DNA of 63,916 nt, counting the filler, from Octopus bimaculoides (taxonomy: Eukaryota), in the NCBI RefSeq assembly GCF_001194135.2. It is 4 parts of 4 records of this genome, joined end to end, with 100 filler letters (N's around TTAATTAATTAA, not from the genome) between each part and the next. Parts side by side here need not be neighbours in the genome. Positions count along the whole stretch, not along the records: positions 29,301 to 59,128 come from NC_069005.1; 3 more parts are not named here. The stretch is one strand, 5' to 3'. Below, piece by piece: positions 37,103-50,734 of the stretch. Below the pieces are notes generated by a model, which did not search any database, had not been told where the DNA came from, and worked only from the letters and a program-made list of their open reading frames with translations. The first letter of the stretch is position 1. Each line of letters begins with the position of its first letter. Position numbers and translations under genes: made by a program.

Positions 37103-37257
37103 ACATACATGCACACATACATACATATATGAATTTGATAATGCAAACCGGAAAATAGAATGCAGAACATGACAACTTATATATTTTTTATCAATAATCT
37201 GCAAAAGTTACAGCATGACTCAAGGGCCAAGATTTTAATGCATTGGCATTTATCTAT

Positions 37258-37293
<36 letters not shown>

Positions 37294-37294
<1 letters not shown>

Positions 37295-37706
37295 GCGCAG
37301 GGGTGACTGTGTGGTAAGTAGCTTGCTTATCAACCACATGGTTCTGGGTTCAGTCCCACTGCGTGGCACCTTGGGCAAGTGTCTTCTACTATAGCCTCAG
37401 GCCGACCAAAGCCTTGTGAGTGGATTTGGTAGACTGAAGCTAAAAAAAGCCCGTCATTTATATGTATATATATATATGTATGTGTGTGTATATGTTTGCG
37501 TGTCTCTGTTTGTCCCCCACCTAGCATTGTTTGACGACCGATGGTAGTGTGCTTACGTCCCCCGTAACTTAGCGATTCAGCAAAAGAAACTGATAGAATA
37601 AGTACTCGGCTTCAAAAGAATAAGTCCTGGGGGTCGATTTGCTCGACTAAAAGATGGTGCTCTAGCATGGCCGCAGTCAAATGACTGAAACAAGTAGAAG
37701 AGTAAA
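37294..37706 (+). mobile_element. Full-length SINE family A
   Basis: Same head, body and tail as 29685-30082. Confidence 0.92.
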
Positions 37707-38132
37707 GATATATATATATATATACACACACATGGCAAATAAGGAAATGGAGAGGATACAAATATGACATACATGAGCTGGTAGATATTCTAGGATGTCT
37801 ATTTATTCCAAAGTATTAGAAAGTATTACAAGAATACATACGTATGCAATAACTATGTGTTACACACACATGTACTAATATTACAGAATGGAGCAAAAGA
37901 TCAGTTTGTCAGAAGGTACTAGGTTCCTTAAGGCCGTTTCTGCCAAGAGGCAATGAAATCCTCTATGCCATCTCCATCTCCTCAGTGTTCTGTAGGGATG
38001 GACAGATAAAGTTTGGATGATGAATGTGCCTCTAGGCTTCTTCAGAGGGTCTAAGTGGTTGGGAGGGTTTACTATCCCTTAGTTGGTTGATTTCCCAACC
38101 CCTAACTCACACAGAAAGATATGTATTTATTA

Positions 38133-38405
38133 TTAAGGGAATTACTACACATAAATGCCTCTTGCTATTAGACACTCTTAAAGTCAAAACTACCATAATA
38201 AATACAGTGTACCTAACACGAGGTAATGCAACTTTTGGAGCCAACCCTTAAAAGCAGATTCAGCCATAAATCATATGAATTTGTTTTTAAGGGTTGACTT
38301 CAAAGGATGCATTCCCTCGCGTTTGGTACACTGTGTATATATTATGGTGGTTTTGACTTTGAGTCCATAATAGCATGAGACGTTTATGTGTAGTAATACC
38401 CTTAA
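38133..38405. mobile_element. Palindromic MITE with TTAA target duplication (Kolobok-like)
   Basis: TTAA-GGGAATTACTACACATAAA...AACCCTTAAAAGCAGATTCA mirrors TGAATTTGTTTTTAAGGGTT...TTTATGTGTAGTAATACCC-TTAA. Purine-start termini with TTAA on both sides. Confidence 0.8.
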
Positions 38406-38678
38406 TATTAATAAATATATTTAAAGGGAATAAATTATAAATTTTTCCCTTATAAAGATTTTATCCTATTATAAATTTTATATATATATGTATGGTGATG
38501 ATAGCTGTCTACTTGTGATATATATATATATAGGTATGATGCTGCAAATAAGCAAAAAAGGATTAAATATATGAGTATATTTATATTTTTATTAATAGTG
38601 TCAATGCATGAGACTCTCAGAGCCGGAGTCACTCTGTTACTTCTGCTAAATATTAATAAAATATATAGATATATATAT

Positions 38679-38836
38679 GAGTGGCTGTGTGGTAAGTAAC
38701 TTGCTTACCAACCACATGGTCCTGGGTTCAGTCCCACTGTGTGGCACCTTGGGCAAGTGTCTATATAGCCTTGAGCCGACCAAAGCCTTGTGAGTGGATT
38801 TGATAGATGGAAACTGGAAGAAGCACGTCATATATG

Positions 38837-38869
<33 letters not shown>

Positions 38870-39095
38870 TTGTGTGTATATATTTGTGTGTCTGTTTGTC
38901 ACCCCATCCAGCATTGCTTGACAACCGATGCTGGTGTGTTTGCATCCCCGTAACTTAGCGGTTCGGCAAAAGAGAATGATAGAATAAGTACTAGGCTTGC
39001 AAAGAATAAGCTCTGGGGTCGATTTGCTCGACTGTAAAAGGTGGTGCTCTAGCATGGCCGCAGTCAAATGACTGAAAGAAATAAAAGAGTAAAGA
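38679..39095 (+). mobile_element. SINE family A
   Basis: Matches the family A body from GAGTGGCTGTGTGGTAAG to the ...GACTGAAAGAAATAAAAGAG tail. Confidence 0.9.
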
Positions 39096-39636
39096 ATGTA
39101 TGTATGTATGTATGTATGTATGTATGTGTGTGTGTGTGTGCATTTTTGTATTTGAAACACTACAGCTTCATAACCAGCAACCAGTGTTAGTTTGTTTGCA
39201 TCCTCCATAACTCAGCAGTTTGGCAAAAATGATTCCCAATAAGAATAAATACCAAACTTGAAAATAAATCAAGAAACAGGGGTTGATCTGAAAGAGTTTT
39301 AGCCCTTCACAGTGCTGCTGCTGCATCATAACTGCAGTCTCAATGATGGAAACAAGCAAAAGAATAAAGGAATAAAATAAAAGAATAGTGGAATACCATT
39401 CGTTTTATGTTGAGGAATTTTTCTTCTCTTCAAGTTTTTGATTTGCTGGAATGAGATTTCAGTTTGTTTTTTTTTTTCCTGTTTTATTTTCGTATATTTT
39501 TAATCATTTTTTTTTTTGTTTTTCGGCACTTCTGTATTATATATATTTTGTTTTTATTTTTTTTTGTTTTTGTTTATTAATCTCTTTATTTTGTTTCGGA
39601 CATTTTCATTCATTTATTTACTGGTTTCAATGTCTT

Positions 39637-39692
<56 letters not shown>

Positions 39693-40170
39693 TACATAAA
39701 TATATATATATATATATATATGCACACCCTCCTATATATATATGTATGTATATATATATATACATATATATATTATATATATGTATGTATATATCTATAT
39801 AATATATATATATATATATGGATATATATGTATGTATATATTATATATTCACACACCAATTTATATGTGTGTGAGTGTATGTATATGTGTGTGCCTGTGC
39901 ATGTGTGTGCATATACATATTTACACATGAACACACACACACACATAGATATAGGTTTGTTGTTATTTTTATTATTTTTGTTGCTGCAAGTTTGCAGGGG
40001 TGGGGTGGGNNNNNNNNNNNNNNNNNNNNNNNNNNNNNNNNNNNNNNNNNNNNNNNNNNNNNNNNNNNNNNNNNNNNNNNNNNNNNNNNNNNNNNNNNNT
40101 ATTATTACTGATTTTCGGTCATCTTTGTTGCTGCTGCTACTGCTGCTGCTACTGCTGCTGGAGTTATTGG

Positions 40171-40211
<41 letters not shown>

Positions 40212-41280
40212 GGTGGTGGTGGTGATGGTGATGGTGGCGGTGGTGTTGTTTTCGTTGTTTGAAGTCGAAATGGAAAATTAAGGATCTGGAGACTTCTTTC
40301 ATTTTGGAGTCAGAGTTACTTGTGTCGCGTAGCGGTGGTGTGTCGCGTAGCGGTGGTGTGGCGTGGTGCCATACGGTACAGGGTATATGGTTATGGTATA
40401 GTCTTTTTTATTTTTCGTTCTTGTTTTTTTTTGTTTTGTTTTGTTTTGATTTTTGTTTTTCTTTCTGGTTCGCTTATTTGTTGTTTTTGTTTCCTTCTAA
40501 AAAAAAAAAAAGAAAAGAAAAGAGTATGCATTTTATTAAACATCATCATGCAATGTTCTTGATGAAAGAAAACCAAAAGAAAGAAAAAAATCAGAAAGAA
40601 AAGCAAAATAAATGAAAAAATTACTACTGCATCCCACCACCACCACCACCAAACAAAAGGAAAAAAAAGAAATTGACTGCTTAATGAGATGCCAAAGGGA
40701 GAGCCATTCTATGGGTCAAGCAACCTGCTAGAAACTGCAGCCAAAGCTCCCTTAACTGCTTTTCATATCAATTCACCTGAAATAACCCTTGGGTCTATAA
40801 TACAAAGCTTCCAGTTTTAGACTTTAAATTAAAACTTTCCCTCAGAATTTCATGTTAATTTAGATTGAAAATACCAGCTTTCTATTATAGGCACAGGGTC
40901 TGAAATTTTGGGGGAGTGGTTGAGGACAATTTATTACATTAACCCCCAGTATTCAACTGGTATTTATTTTGTTGACCCTGAAAGGATGAAAGGCAGAGTC
41001 GACCTCAGCAGAATTTGAACCCTGTGCTAATGGTTCTGCTAGTTGGCCTTGTACTAGAGCCGTTGGTGTCAGGAAGCAGACAGAGTAAGCTGGGGTAGTT
41101 TTCTACCTGGCTGGCTCCTCCTGTCAACCGTCCTACTCATGCATACACAGAAGATGGATGTTAAATGATGAGGATGCTGATGACCACTGTTTCCAAAAAT
41201 TAGTTGAAACAATAGTAGTGTATATAATCTTTTACTTGTTTCAGTCATTAGACTGTGGCCATGCTGGGGCACCACTTTTA

Positions 41281-41731
41281 GGTGCAGGAGTGGCTGTGTG
41301 GTAAGTAGCTTGCTTACCAACCACATGGTTCTGGGTTCAGTCCCACTGCGTGACACTTTGGGCAAGTGTCTTCTACTATAGCCTCGAGGCTGACCAGAGC
41401 CTTGTGAGTGGATTTGGTAGACGGAAACTGAAAGAAGCCCGTCATATATATGTATATATATGTATGTGTGTGTATATGTTTGTGTGTCTGTGTTTGTCCC
41501 CCCAACATCGCTTGACAACTGATGCTGGTGTGTTTACGTCCCCCCAACATCGCTTGACAACTGATGCTGGTGTGTTTACGTCCCTGTAACATAGCGGTTC
41601 GGCAAAACAGACCAATAGAATAAGTACTAGGCTTACAAAGAATAAGTCCTGAGGTCGATTTGCTTGACTAAAGGCGGTGCTCCAGCATGGCCACAGTCAA
41701 ATGACTGAAACAAGTAAAAGAGTAAAGAGTA
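41281..41731 (+). mobile_element. Full-length SINE family A with internal 42-bp tandem duplication
   Basis: Family A copy with TCCCCCCAACATCGCTTGACAACTGATGCTGGTGTGTTTACG present twice at about 41497-41580. Confidence 0.92.
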
Positions 41732-42021
41732 AATGAATCGACCCCTGGTACTTACTCTATCAATCCCTTTTGCCAAGCCACTAAGTTACAGGGACATAAA
41801 CACACCAACACCTGTTGTTAAGCAGTGGTGGGAAACAACACAGACATAAAGACACACACACATAAATATATCAATAAACAATGGGCTTCCTTCAGTTTCC
41901 ATCCACCAAATCCGCTCACAAAGCTTTGGTTGGTCCAAGGTTATGGAAGACATTTGCCAAAGGTGTTATCCAGTGGGAGTGAACCTGGAACCATGTCGTT
42001 GGGAAGCAAATTTCTTACCAC

Positions 42022-42740
42022 AGAAAGGGTTAAAGTGATTTAAATTAAGGCGTTCTTTAAAATTTCATTTTAATTTAGATTCAAAATACCAGCTAAATAA
42101 TGACAAAATTATTTTATTAAACTCTTCATTATTTTTAAAATTAGTTGAAATTATTTTCAAAATCATTTTCAGAATTAGTTGAAACATTGGCAATGTATAT
42201 CAACAGAAATATGGTAACCAAAGGGTTAAAGTAATTTAAATTAAAATCATCTGTCTAAATTTCACGATAATTTACATTCAAAATTATCTTACTTAAATTC
42301 TTTATCATTTTCAAAATAATTGAAACATTAGCAGTTTATATCAACAGAAATATGGAAGCAATCATTTTAATTTTGGTTCAAAATACCAACTTAATAGCAA
42401 CAAAATTCTTTTACTGAGTTCTTCACTATTTTCAAAATTGGCAGAAACATTAGCTGTGTAAGAACAGAAATATGGTAACATAAGGGTTAAAGTGATCTAA
42501 AATACAACTTTCCATCAAAATTTCATGTTTGTATACATTTGGAACACCAGCTTAATAATACTCTTTTACTTGTTTCAGTCATTTGACTGCGGCCATATAT
42601 AATGACACCTATATAATGACAAAATTATTTTAGTAAATTCTTCAAAATCTTCCATCAAAATTTTATGGTTATTTAGGTTAAGCACCTATTTAGTAAAGAC
42701 AAATTTATTTTATTAAATTCATTATTTTCAAAATTAAAAG
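42022..42740 (+). repeat. Degenerate tandem array of ~130-200 bp AT-rich units
   Basis: Recurring AAAATTTCAT..TTAAT...AAATACCAGCT.AATAATGACAAA..TATTTT..TAAATTCTTCATTATTTTCAAAAT...CAACAGAAATATGGTAAC.AAAGGGTTAA. Confidence 0.65.
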
Positions 42741-44317
42741 GCAGTGAACAGGCAGAGTCATTAGCACGTGGGGCAAAATGCTTAGTGGTATTTTACCCGT
42801 TGCTGTGTTCTGAGATCAAATTCTATCAAGGTTGACTTTGCCTTTCATCCTTTTGGGGTCAATAAATTAAGTACCAGTTATGCACTGGGGTCATCACAGC
42901 TTCCATTGGATTCTTTATTATATCTCTTTCACTGAAGCCACCACCTCTCTAATCCATAACAATACTACCACGATAACCACCACTACAACAACCACCACTA
43001 GCACCACAACTGCTGCTATTGTCACTGTTACAACTACCAGTGTCACCAGTATTTTCACCACTACTACCACCAAGACCACCACATCTACTACCNNNNNNNN
43101 NNTATTTTCACCACTACTACCACCAAGACCACCACATCTACTACCGTCATGACAACCATCACTATCAACATAAGCACCATCACCACTGCCTTTACCACCA
43201 CCACCAACAAGAACAACAACATTTTCCGTCACCTCCATCTTTCACCATTGCAAATACCTCAACCACCACTACCACCAGCACTGCAACAACTTATCACCTT
43301 CCCAACTTTTCCATCACCATCCTCATTGTCACCATCATCATCATCGCCATATCCACAGCACCACAGCTCTCTCTCACCTTCACCATCATCACTCATCATC
43401 ACAGCCACCACCATCACCATCGTCATCATCACAACCCCCACAACCATTGTCATCACTTGTCCCCATGACCACCGTCATCATCATCATCATCACCATTGTC
43501 AGCACTCATCATAACCACCACCACCACCACCATCAGCATCATCATCATCATCATCATCATCACTCGTCATCACAACCACTATCATCATCACCATCGTTGT
43601 CATCATCCCCATCATCATCATCACCATCATCGTTGTCGTCATCATCATCATCGTCATCATCGTCACATCCACCACCACCACCACTATCATCATCATCATC
43701 ACCACCACCACCTCTGAACATCAAGCAGCCTTATGAATAATTCCCTTGACCAAATTTTCTGTTTTTTTCTTTTTCNNNNNNNNNNCACCATTGTCAGCAC
43801 TCATCATAACCACCACCACCATCAGCATCATCATCATCATCATCATCATCACAACCACTATCATCATCACCATCGTTGTCATCATCCCCATCATCATCAT
43901 CACCATCATCGTTGTCGTCATCATCATCATCGTCATCATCGTCACATCCACCACCACCACCACTATCATCATCATCATCACCACCACCACCTCTGAACAT
44001 CAAGCAGCCTTATGAATAATTCCCTTGACCAAATTTTCTGTTTTTTTCTTTTTCTTTTTTTATTTCTTTGGTTCAAGTATGTACGTTTGGGGTGGGCTGG
44101 ATGGCGGGAGAGGAGAGGGTTTCCTTTTTCTTTTTCTTTTTTTTTTTCATACATACCGTCTGAACATAATGAAAAACAACGTAGTAGTAGCAGCAGCAGC
44201 AGTAGCAGCAGAGGTAGCAGCAGCAGCAGCAGTAGTAGTAGTAGCACTGATTTGTAACTCTCCTGCATGTGGGTTTCTTGAAAGGAATTGTGATCAAAAG
44301 AGAACTTTGTATTATTT

Positions 44318-44349
<32 letters not shown>

Positions 44350-45313
44350 GGTGGTAGCAATGATAATGTTATTCCTGTTGTTGTTGTTGCTGTTCGTGTT
44401 TATTTTTTTTTGTGTTGGTAGTAATGTACTGGTTGTTTTGGCTCTTGTCACCTGTGATTGATGATGATGATGATGATGGGGGTGGTGCTCATGATGATGA
44501 TGGTTGTGGTGGTGATGGTGGTGGAAATGGTACTGAGGTTGATGATGATTGTGGTTGCGATAGTAGTCATGATGATGATTGTTGCGGTGGTTGTGATGGT
44601 GGTGGAAGTGATGATGATGATGATGATAATAATAATGGTCTTAAAGTTTGGAACAAGACTTGCAACTGCAAGGGAGGTGCGAATATGTTGATTATATTGA
44701 CCCCAGCATACAACTGGTATTTATTTCATCACCCCCTTGCTTGACAACCGATGCTGGTGTGTTTACATCTCCGTAACATAGCGGTTCGGCAAAAGTGACC
44801 AATAGAATAAGTACTAGGCTTACAAAAAATAAATCCTGGGGTTGATTTGCTTGACTAAAGGTGGTGCTCCAGCATGGCCGCAGTCAAATGACTGAAACAA
44901 GTGGAGTAGAGTAGAATAAAGAGATAAAGAAATGAATGAAAAATTGTTCTCTGTTCCTATATTAATCTACATAAAACAAGCCTGCTAGACACAACAGTCA
45001 AATCTTCTTCAAACAGCATCTTACTGTTTTTAAAAGAAGTGATAAATTGGATGAAATAGTCCTATATAAAAGCATATTCTTTTATCTTTTACTCAATTCG
45101 TTCGTCAGACTGTGGCAATGCTGGAGCACTATACTGAAGGGCTTTAGCCAAACAAATCGACCCCAGGACTTATTGGTTTTTTTCTAGACTGGTATTTTTT
45201 TGAGTGGCCTAAATTTCCAAATTGCTGAATTATGGGGATGAAAACAAACCAATGTAGGTATTCAAGCGGTGGTGGTGGGTGGGTATGGACACATGCTAAA
45301 ACACACATATACA

Positions 45314-45535
45314 TATGAGGGTGTGCTGAAAAGTTCCTGGCTTTAAGGTTATCACGAAAGGCCTGGTTGGAGGCCCAACCTTCTGAGTTCTTTAACAGGG
45401 TTTAGAAAAACTGAAGGACCGCCGCAATAAGTGTGTGAACCTGAGAGGGGAATATGTTGAATAAAATCATAATTAACTGATTCTCCTGTATTTATTTTTA
45501 CCCAAGGCCAGGAAATTTTCAGCATCCGGCACATA
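45314..45535 (+). mobile_element. Internally deleted mariner (MITE-like) with both TIRs
   Basis: TA-TGAGGGTGTGCTGAAAAGTTCCTGGC ... GCCAGGAAATTTTCAGCATCC..CA-TA. It retains the transposase C-terminus LEKLKDRRNKCVNLRGEYVE*. Confidence 0.85.
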
Positions 45536-46469
45536 TGTATGCATGCACCCATATATGTATACAATGGGTTTCTTTCAGTTTCCCTCTTCCAAATTCACTC
45601 ACAAGGCATTGGTTGACCCAGAGCTGTAATGGAAGATGCCCCAGGTGCCACACAGCAGTTGGACTGTACCTGAAACCATGGGGAGTGAAATTCTTATCAC
45701 ACAGGCATGCCTGCATCTATGTCTAGACAAAAAAAGAAACAGAAAATAGATGGGAAGATCAAGGCTGAACTAGCTTTGATCATAGGCCTGTCCTGGGGTT
45801 AAATAAGCAACAACAATCAATAGAAGTTCAAACAAAATATCAAAACGCATTGGTATTGATCTCGGTTGTGTTTTTATTTTTTTTTATCTATTTAGACTGT
45901 TGTTTTCCTCTATCTGAAATTTGAATAATTTGTTGGGGTGGGCATGTACGGCTGTGTGATGAAGAACTTCTTTTCACAAACACTCGACTAGGTGGAAAAT
46001 GTGCGAAACCCTTTCACACCTTGTGGGTCTGTCAAAGTGATAGAGCCAAAAATGGGTGAAAGTTCAAAGTCACTATCAACTGTGAGTCGACTCATAAACT
46101 TTAACCCTTCTCTATCAAATTAACCACACCAAAGGGACCACAACTCATCTCTCTTTTATTTGTCACCTTTTTGTTTTTCTTTTAGTGTTTTTTTCTCTTT
46201 TTATCTATTCGAGTAGCTCTGTGGTATTTTGAATTTGAAAAAAGACTGCAAGATCATACAGAACATGCTATATACAGGAAAAGCTCGTCCAACTTTTCTA
46301 CAATCCAAACACAAAATTTATAGAGGCTCACATTCAAGCAGTGTTGTAAGCTTCAGAATCGATGTCAAGCTGGGCATAAACTGCAGAAGTGGAAAGGTGG
46401 CAGCTGTGTTTCAGCATATGTATTCAATCTGTGCAGCTTCAGATATGAGCACGGATGGGAAATTTCATC

Positions 46470-46650
46470 TATATAGCTCCATCATTTTGCATACTGCTTA
46501 TTCCCCAGATCTTTCTCCTACCAATTATCACTTTTTCAAGCACCTTGATGGTTTCTTGCGAGAGAAGGAATTCAAGAATCAAACCAATGTTGAAAGTGCA
46601 TTCAAAGAGTTTATCAGCTCCAGAACTCCAGGTTTTTATGTTACTGGAAT
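46470..46650 (+). mobile_element. Mariner (Hsmar1/cecropia-like) transposase fragment
   Basis: LHTAYSPDLSPTNYHFFKHLDGFLREKEFKNQTNVESAFKEFISSRTPGFYVTGMNKL. Confidence 0.88.
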
Positions 46651-47138
46651 GAACAAACTTGGGATATGGAAGAGAACAATAAGGATTGATAGTATACTAA
46701 ATATATTCCATCAAGGATATCTCAAAAAGATTTTGTGAGTTAAATGGTGGAACTATGGCCACAAATGAGGAGAAATTGAGAAGAGCAAGGTCATGATTGC
46801 TATAAGAGTGCTGATTCCATCCGGCTCACCATGCACTCCTATCTAGCAAAGACTACAGGATTGGAAAAGCAGAAGCAGTGTTGCAGCATGTGCATTCCAT
46901 CATTCTGGCTTCTGCAATATATGTCTATAAGACTTGGAAGAGAATGGTAATGACAGATTTTTTTATCGTTTCCTTGTTTCAGTTATTTGATGGTGGCCAT
47001 GATGTATCACTGCCTTGAAGGGTTTAAGTTGATCAAACCGACCCAGGACGTATTTTTTTAAAGCCTAGTACTTATTCTATCAGTCTGTTTTGCCAAACCA
47101 GTAAGTTAACGGGAGGCAAACACACCAGCAACTGTTGT

Positions 47139-47520
47139 CGCAGGAGTGGCTGTGTGGTAAGTAGCTTGCTTTCCAACCACATGGTTCTGGGTTCAGTCCC
47201 ACTGCATGGCATCTTGGGCAAATGTCTTCTACTATAGCCTCGGGCCAACCAAAGCCTTGTGAGTGGATTTGGTAAACAGAAACTGAAAGGAGCCCGTCAC
47301 ATATATGTATATGTATATATATGTATGTCTGTGTTTGTCCCCCACAACATCGCTTGACAACCGATGCTGGTGCGTTTATGGCTCCGTAACTTAGTGGTTT
47401 GGCAAAAGAGATCGATAGAATAAGTACTAGGCTTACAAAGAATATGTCCTGGGGTCAATTTGCTCGACTAAACGCAGTGCTCCAACATGGCCGCAGTCAA
47501 ATGACTGAGAGAAGTAAAAA
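47139..47520 (+). mobile_element. SINE family A
   Basis: Family A head, body and tail. Confidence 0.9.
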
Positions 47521-47724
47521 AAAAAAAGTGGTTGTGGGGGAATAATGCTGCCACAATGACACATATATATATTCATTCACAAGGTTTTTGTCAGCCTGAG
47601 GCTATAGCAGAAGACACTTGCTCAAGGTGCCACGCAGTGAGACTAAATCTGGAACCCTGTGGTTGGGAAGCAAGCGGCTTACCACACAGTCATGCATACA
47701 CCTAGAAAATTCATTCCATTAAAG

Positions 47725-48075
47725 GTGCCTCAGAATGATTCTGAGGTGAAAGGACTGGGTCACAAACGTGGAGATTCTGAGAAGAGAAGAGTCGTAACCA
47801 TTGGAAGAGATTGTAGCAATGTGCTGATCCTGTCTGGCTGGGCTCGGTCTCATTCTAGCTGATCAACAACACTTGAAAACTGCCACAACTTGGGTACCAC
47901 ATGTTGGAAGGTGCTTAAGGGACTTGTGGAAGATCAGTCGGCAGCAGATACTTCAAGATGACCTGAAGACATTCAATATTACATGGAATGGAAGCAGAAG
48001 AGTAGCAGCCAACAAAAACCTACTGGAGGAATTTTGCTGGCTGACTTGCTGAGCATTGCAGGAAGACCTAGAGCT
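47725..48075 (+). mobile_element. Degenerate RTE-like LINE 3' end
   Basis: RMILR*KDWVTNVEILRREES*PLEEIV...KTATTWVP...QDDLKTFNITWNGSRRVAANK resembles the RTE C-terminal W...VTN.E.LRR / KTA..W.P region. Confidence 0.65.
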
Positions 48076-48441
48076 AAAAAAGATATATTTTGACTGAAAA
48101 TTACTATGGCAATTATCATCAATTTTTCCATAACTTTAATATTTGACAGAATTAATGGAAACAACAGCACTAATTAAAGAATATGAATTCTGAGAAAGAA
48201 TCAGGCGGGGGAAGAAAAAAAAATGGTCAAAGTTATATATATGAGAAACATTATTAACAAATGTTCTGCTAATTCTTCAAAAGAATGGAAGTGAAATAAG
48301 CAATTTTAACGGCACCATTATATTGAAGAATATATGTGTATGTATACACACACACATCTGAGTTTGTACATATGTATATATATGAGTAAGTTCTTAAACA
48401 CAGACACATAGGTGAATTTACAAATATATGTATACATGTAC

Positions 48442-48483
<42 letters not shown>

Positions 48484-48884
48484 ATACAAGCACACACATA
48501 ATATTCACACACACACATATCAGTACACATATATATGAATCTATGAAGATATCCATATATATGAAATATATGCATACATTCACACACATTTATATAGAAA
48601 ACATAATGTTTATACATGTATATATACACATGCACACATATATACATTATGATATATTATGACAGTGTATATTGGGATGTATGTCTGTGGGTGTGCATAT
48701 AATATATACACACAGACATATATAAGTAATTACATGAAGTATACTGTATACCTGCATATATATATATATATATATATATATANNNNNNNNNNNNNNNNNN
48801 NNNNNNNNNNNNNNNNNNNNNNNNNNNNNNNNNNNNNNNNNNNNNNNNNNNNNNNNNNNNNNNNNNNNNNNNNNNNNNNNNNNN

Positions 48885-48939
<55 letters not shown>

Positions 48940-48947
48940 CATACATG

Positions 48948-48981
<34 letters not shown>

Positions 48982-49445
48982 GTATATATATTGCTGCAAA
49001 CATAGACAGACATGAAAGCCTCCACACACACACCCACACATGCATATACATTCACTAATTTTAAAGATTTATCACTTGTTTACGTGTCACTTTTCAATTA
49101 ATAATATCCCTACCCCCACCCCATATTCGCCATTGACACACACCTAATAATATAAGAAAGACCACAACTCCCTTGTATTACACCCTTCATGCTGACAAGA
49201 GCATTATTATTATTATTTTTATCATCATTATTATTACCATCGTCATCATTATATTATTATTATTATTATTATTATTAGTTGTAGTAGTAGTAGTAGTAGT
49301 GCTGTTTTTATTATTATTATTTTTATTATTGTCAATGCCATCCTTGTTATTATTTTATCTATACATTTTTTTTTTTACTTATATTATTTTTCTTTGAATG
49401 GAAATCTCTCTTGAGATTATTATCATTATTATTAATTATTGATTA

Positions 49446-49665
49446 AGACGGTGATCTGGCAGAATCATTAACATGTGGGTGTAATGCCTAGTGGCATTTT
49501 GTCCGTTGCTATGTTCTGAGCTCAAATTCTACCGAGGTCGACTTTACCTTTTATCCTTTCAGGGTCAATAAATTAAGTACCAGCTGCGTACTGGGGTCCA
49601 ATGTAATCGACTAGTCTCTTCCCCAACAAATTTCAGGCTGTGTGCCTTTAATCAAAAGGGTTATT
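49446..49665 (+). mobile_element. Full-length SINE family B
   Basis: GACGGTGATCTGGCAGAATCATTAAC...CTGAGCTCAAATTCTACCGAGGTCGACTTT...CGTACTGGGGTCCAATGTAATCGAC...GTGCCTTT. Confidence 0.8.
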
Positions 49666-49789
49666 AATTATCGACTTACCTACTGCTTTCATGTAACAGG
49701 CCTTGTACCAAAAGGAATCACCCTGGGGCAGCTAAGTGGCAGAACTGTTAGTACTCTGGAAAAACATTTAAATTGATAGGGTTTTTCTA

Positions 49790-50100
49790 AGGCATGCGGC
49801 TGAGTGGTTAGGTATTTGGCTTACAATCATAAGGTTATGAGTTCAATTCCTGCAGACGCTTTATGTCCTTAAGCAAGACACTTTATTTCATGTCACTCCA
49901 GTCCACTCAGCTGGCAAAAATGTGTGGTACCTGTATTTCAAAGGGCCCAGCATTGTCACATTCTGTGTCATGCTGAATCTTCACAGGAACTATATTAAGG
50001 GTACGCGTGTCTGTGGAGTGCTCAGCCACATGCATGTTAATTTCACAAGCTGACTGTTCCATTGATCGGATCAACTGGAACCCTCATCGTCATAACGGAG
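49790..50100 (+). mobile_element. tRNA-derived SINE with RTE-type tail
   Basis: GGCTGAGTGGTTAGG...GAGTTCAATTCC head; tail ...GATCAACTGGAACCCTCATCGTCATAACGGAG; same family as 56068-56462. Confidence 0.75.
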
Positions 50101-50257
50101 GGAAGACTTATCATCATAATCTTTTGGATTTCCTCGAGACTTGATTCTCCTGACATATTGGTCTAAACCTTTCTGTCATCCCGTTTTTTTTTTTAATCAT
50201 ACCTAGGGCACCTACAGTAACAGGAACAATGTTTCCTTTAAGTTGCCACATCCCATA

Positions 50258-50734
50258 GGTGCAGGAGTGGCTGTGGGGTAAGTAGCTTGTTTACCAACCA
50301 CATGGTTCTGGGTTCAGTCTCACTGCGTGGCATCTTGGGCAAGTGTCTTCTACTATAGCCTCGGGCCGACCAAAGCCTTGTGAGTGGATTTGGTANNNNN
50401 NNNNNCTTGGGCAAGTGTCTTCTACTATAGCCTCGGGCCGACCAAAGCCTTGTGAGTGGATTTGGTAGACGGAAACTGAAAAGAAGCCCATCGTATATAT
50501 GTATGTGTGTGTATATGTTTGTGTGTCTGTGTTTGTACCCCCAACTGATGCTGATGTTGCTGATGTGTTTACGTCCCCATAACTTAGCGGTTCGGCAAAA
50601 GAGGCCGATAGAATAAGTACTAGGCTTACAAAGAATAAGTCCTGGGGTCGATTTGCTCGACTAAAGGCGGTGCTCCAGCATGGCCACAGTCAAATGACTG
50701 AAACAAGTAAAAGAGTAAAAAGAGTAATAGAGTA
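50258..50734 (+). mobile_element. SINE family A inserted in the Dong-like element
   Basis: Family A copy; removing it rejoins ..EIQ-GMW.. in the host element. It contains a 10-N gap with a duplicated flank. Confidence 0.9.

Noticed and set aside
43043-43145. Direct repeat around a 10-N gap
   Set aside because: Same unmerged-overlap artefact.
43486-44055. ~280-bp duplication of a (CAT/CAC)n block around a 10-N gap, giving twin His-rich ORFs
   Set aside because: Near-identical copies differing only in repeat counts; most likely two haplotypes placed in tandem.
50346-50455. Duplicated SINE segment around a 10-N gap
   Set aside because: Unmerged overlap artefact.
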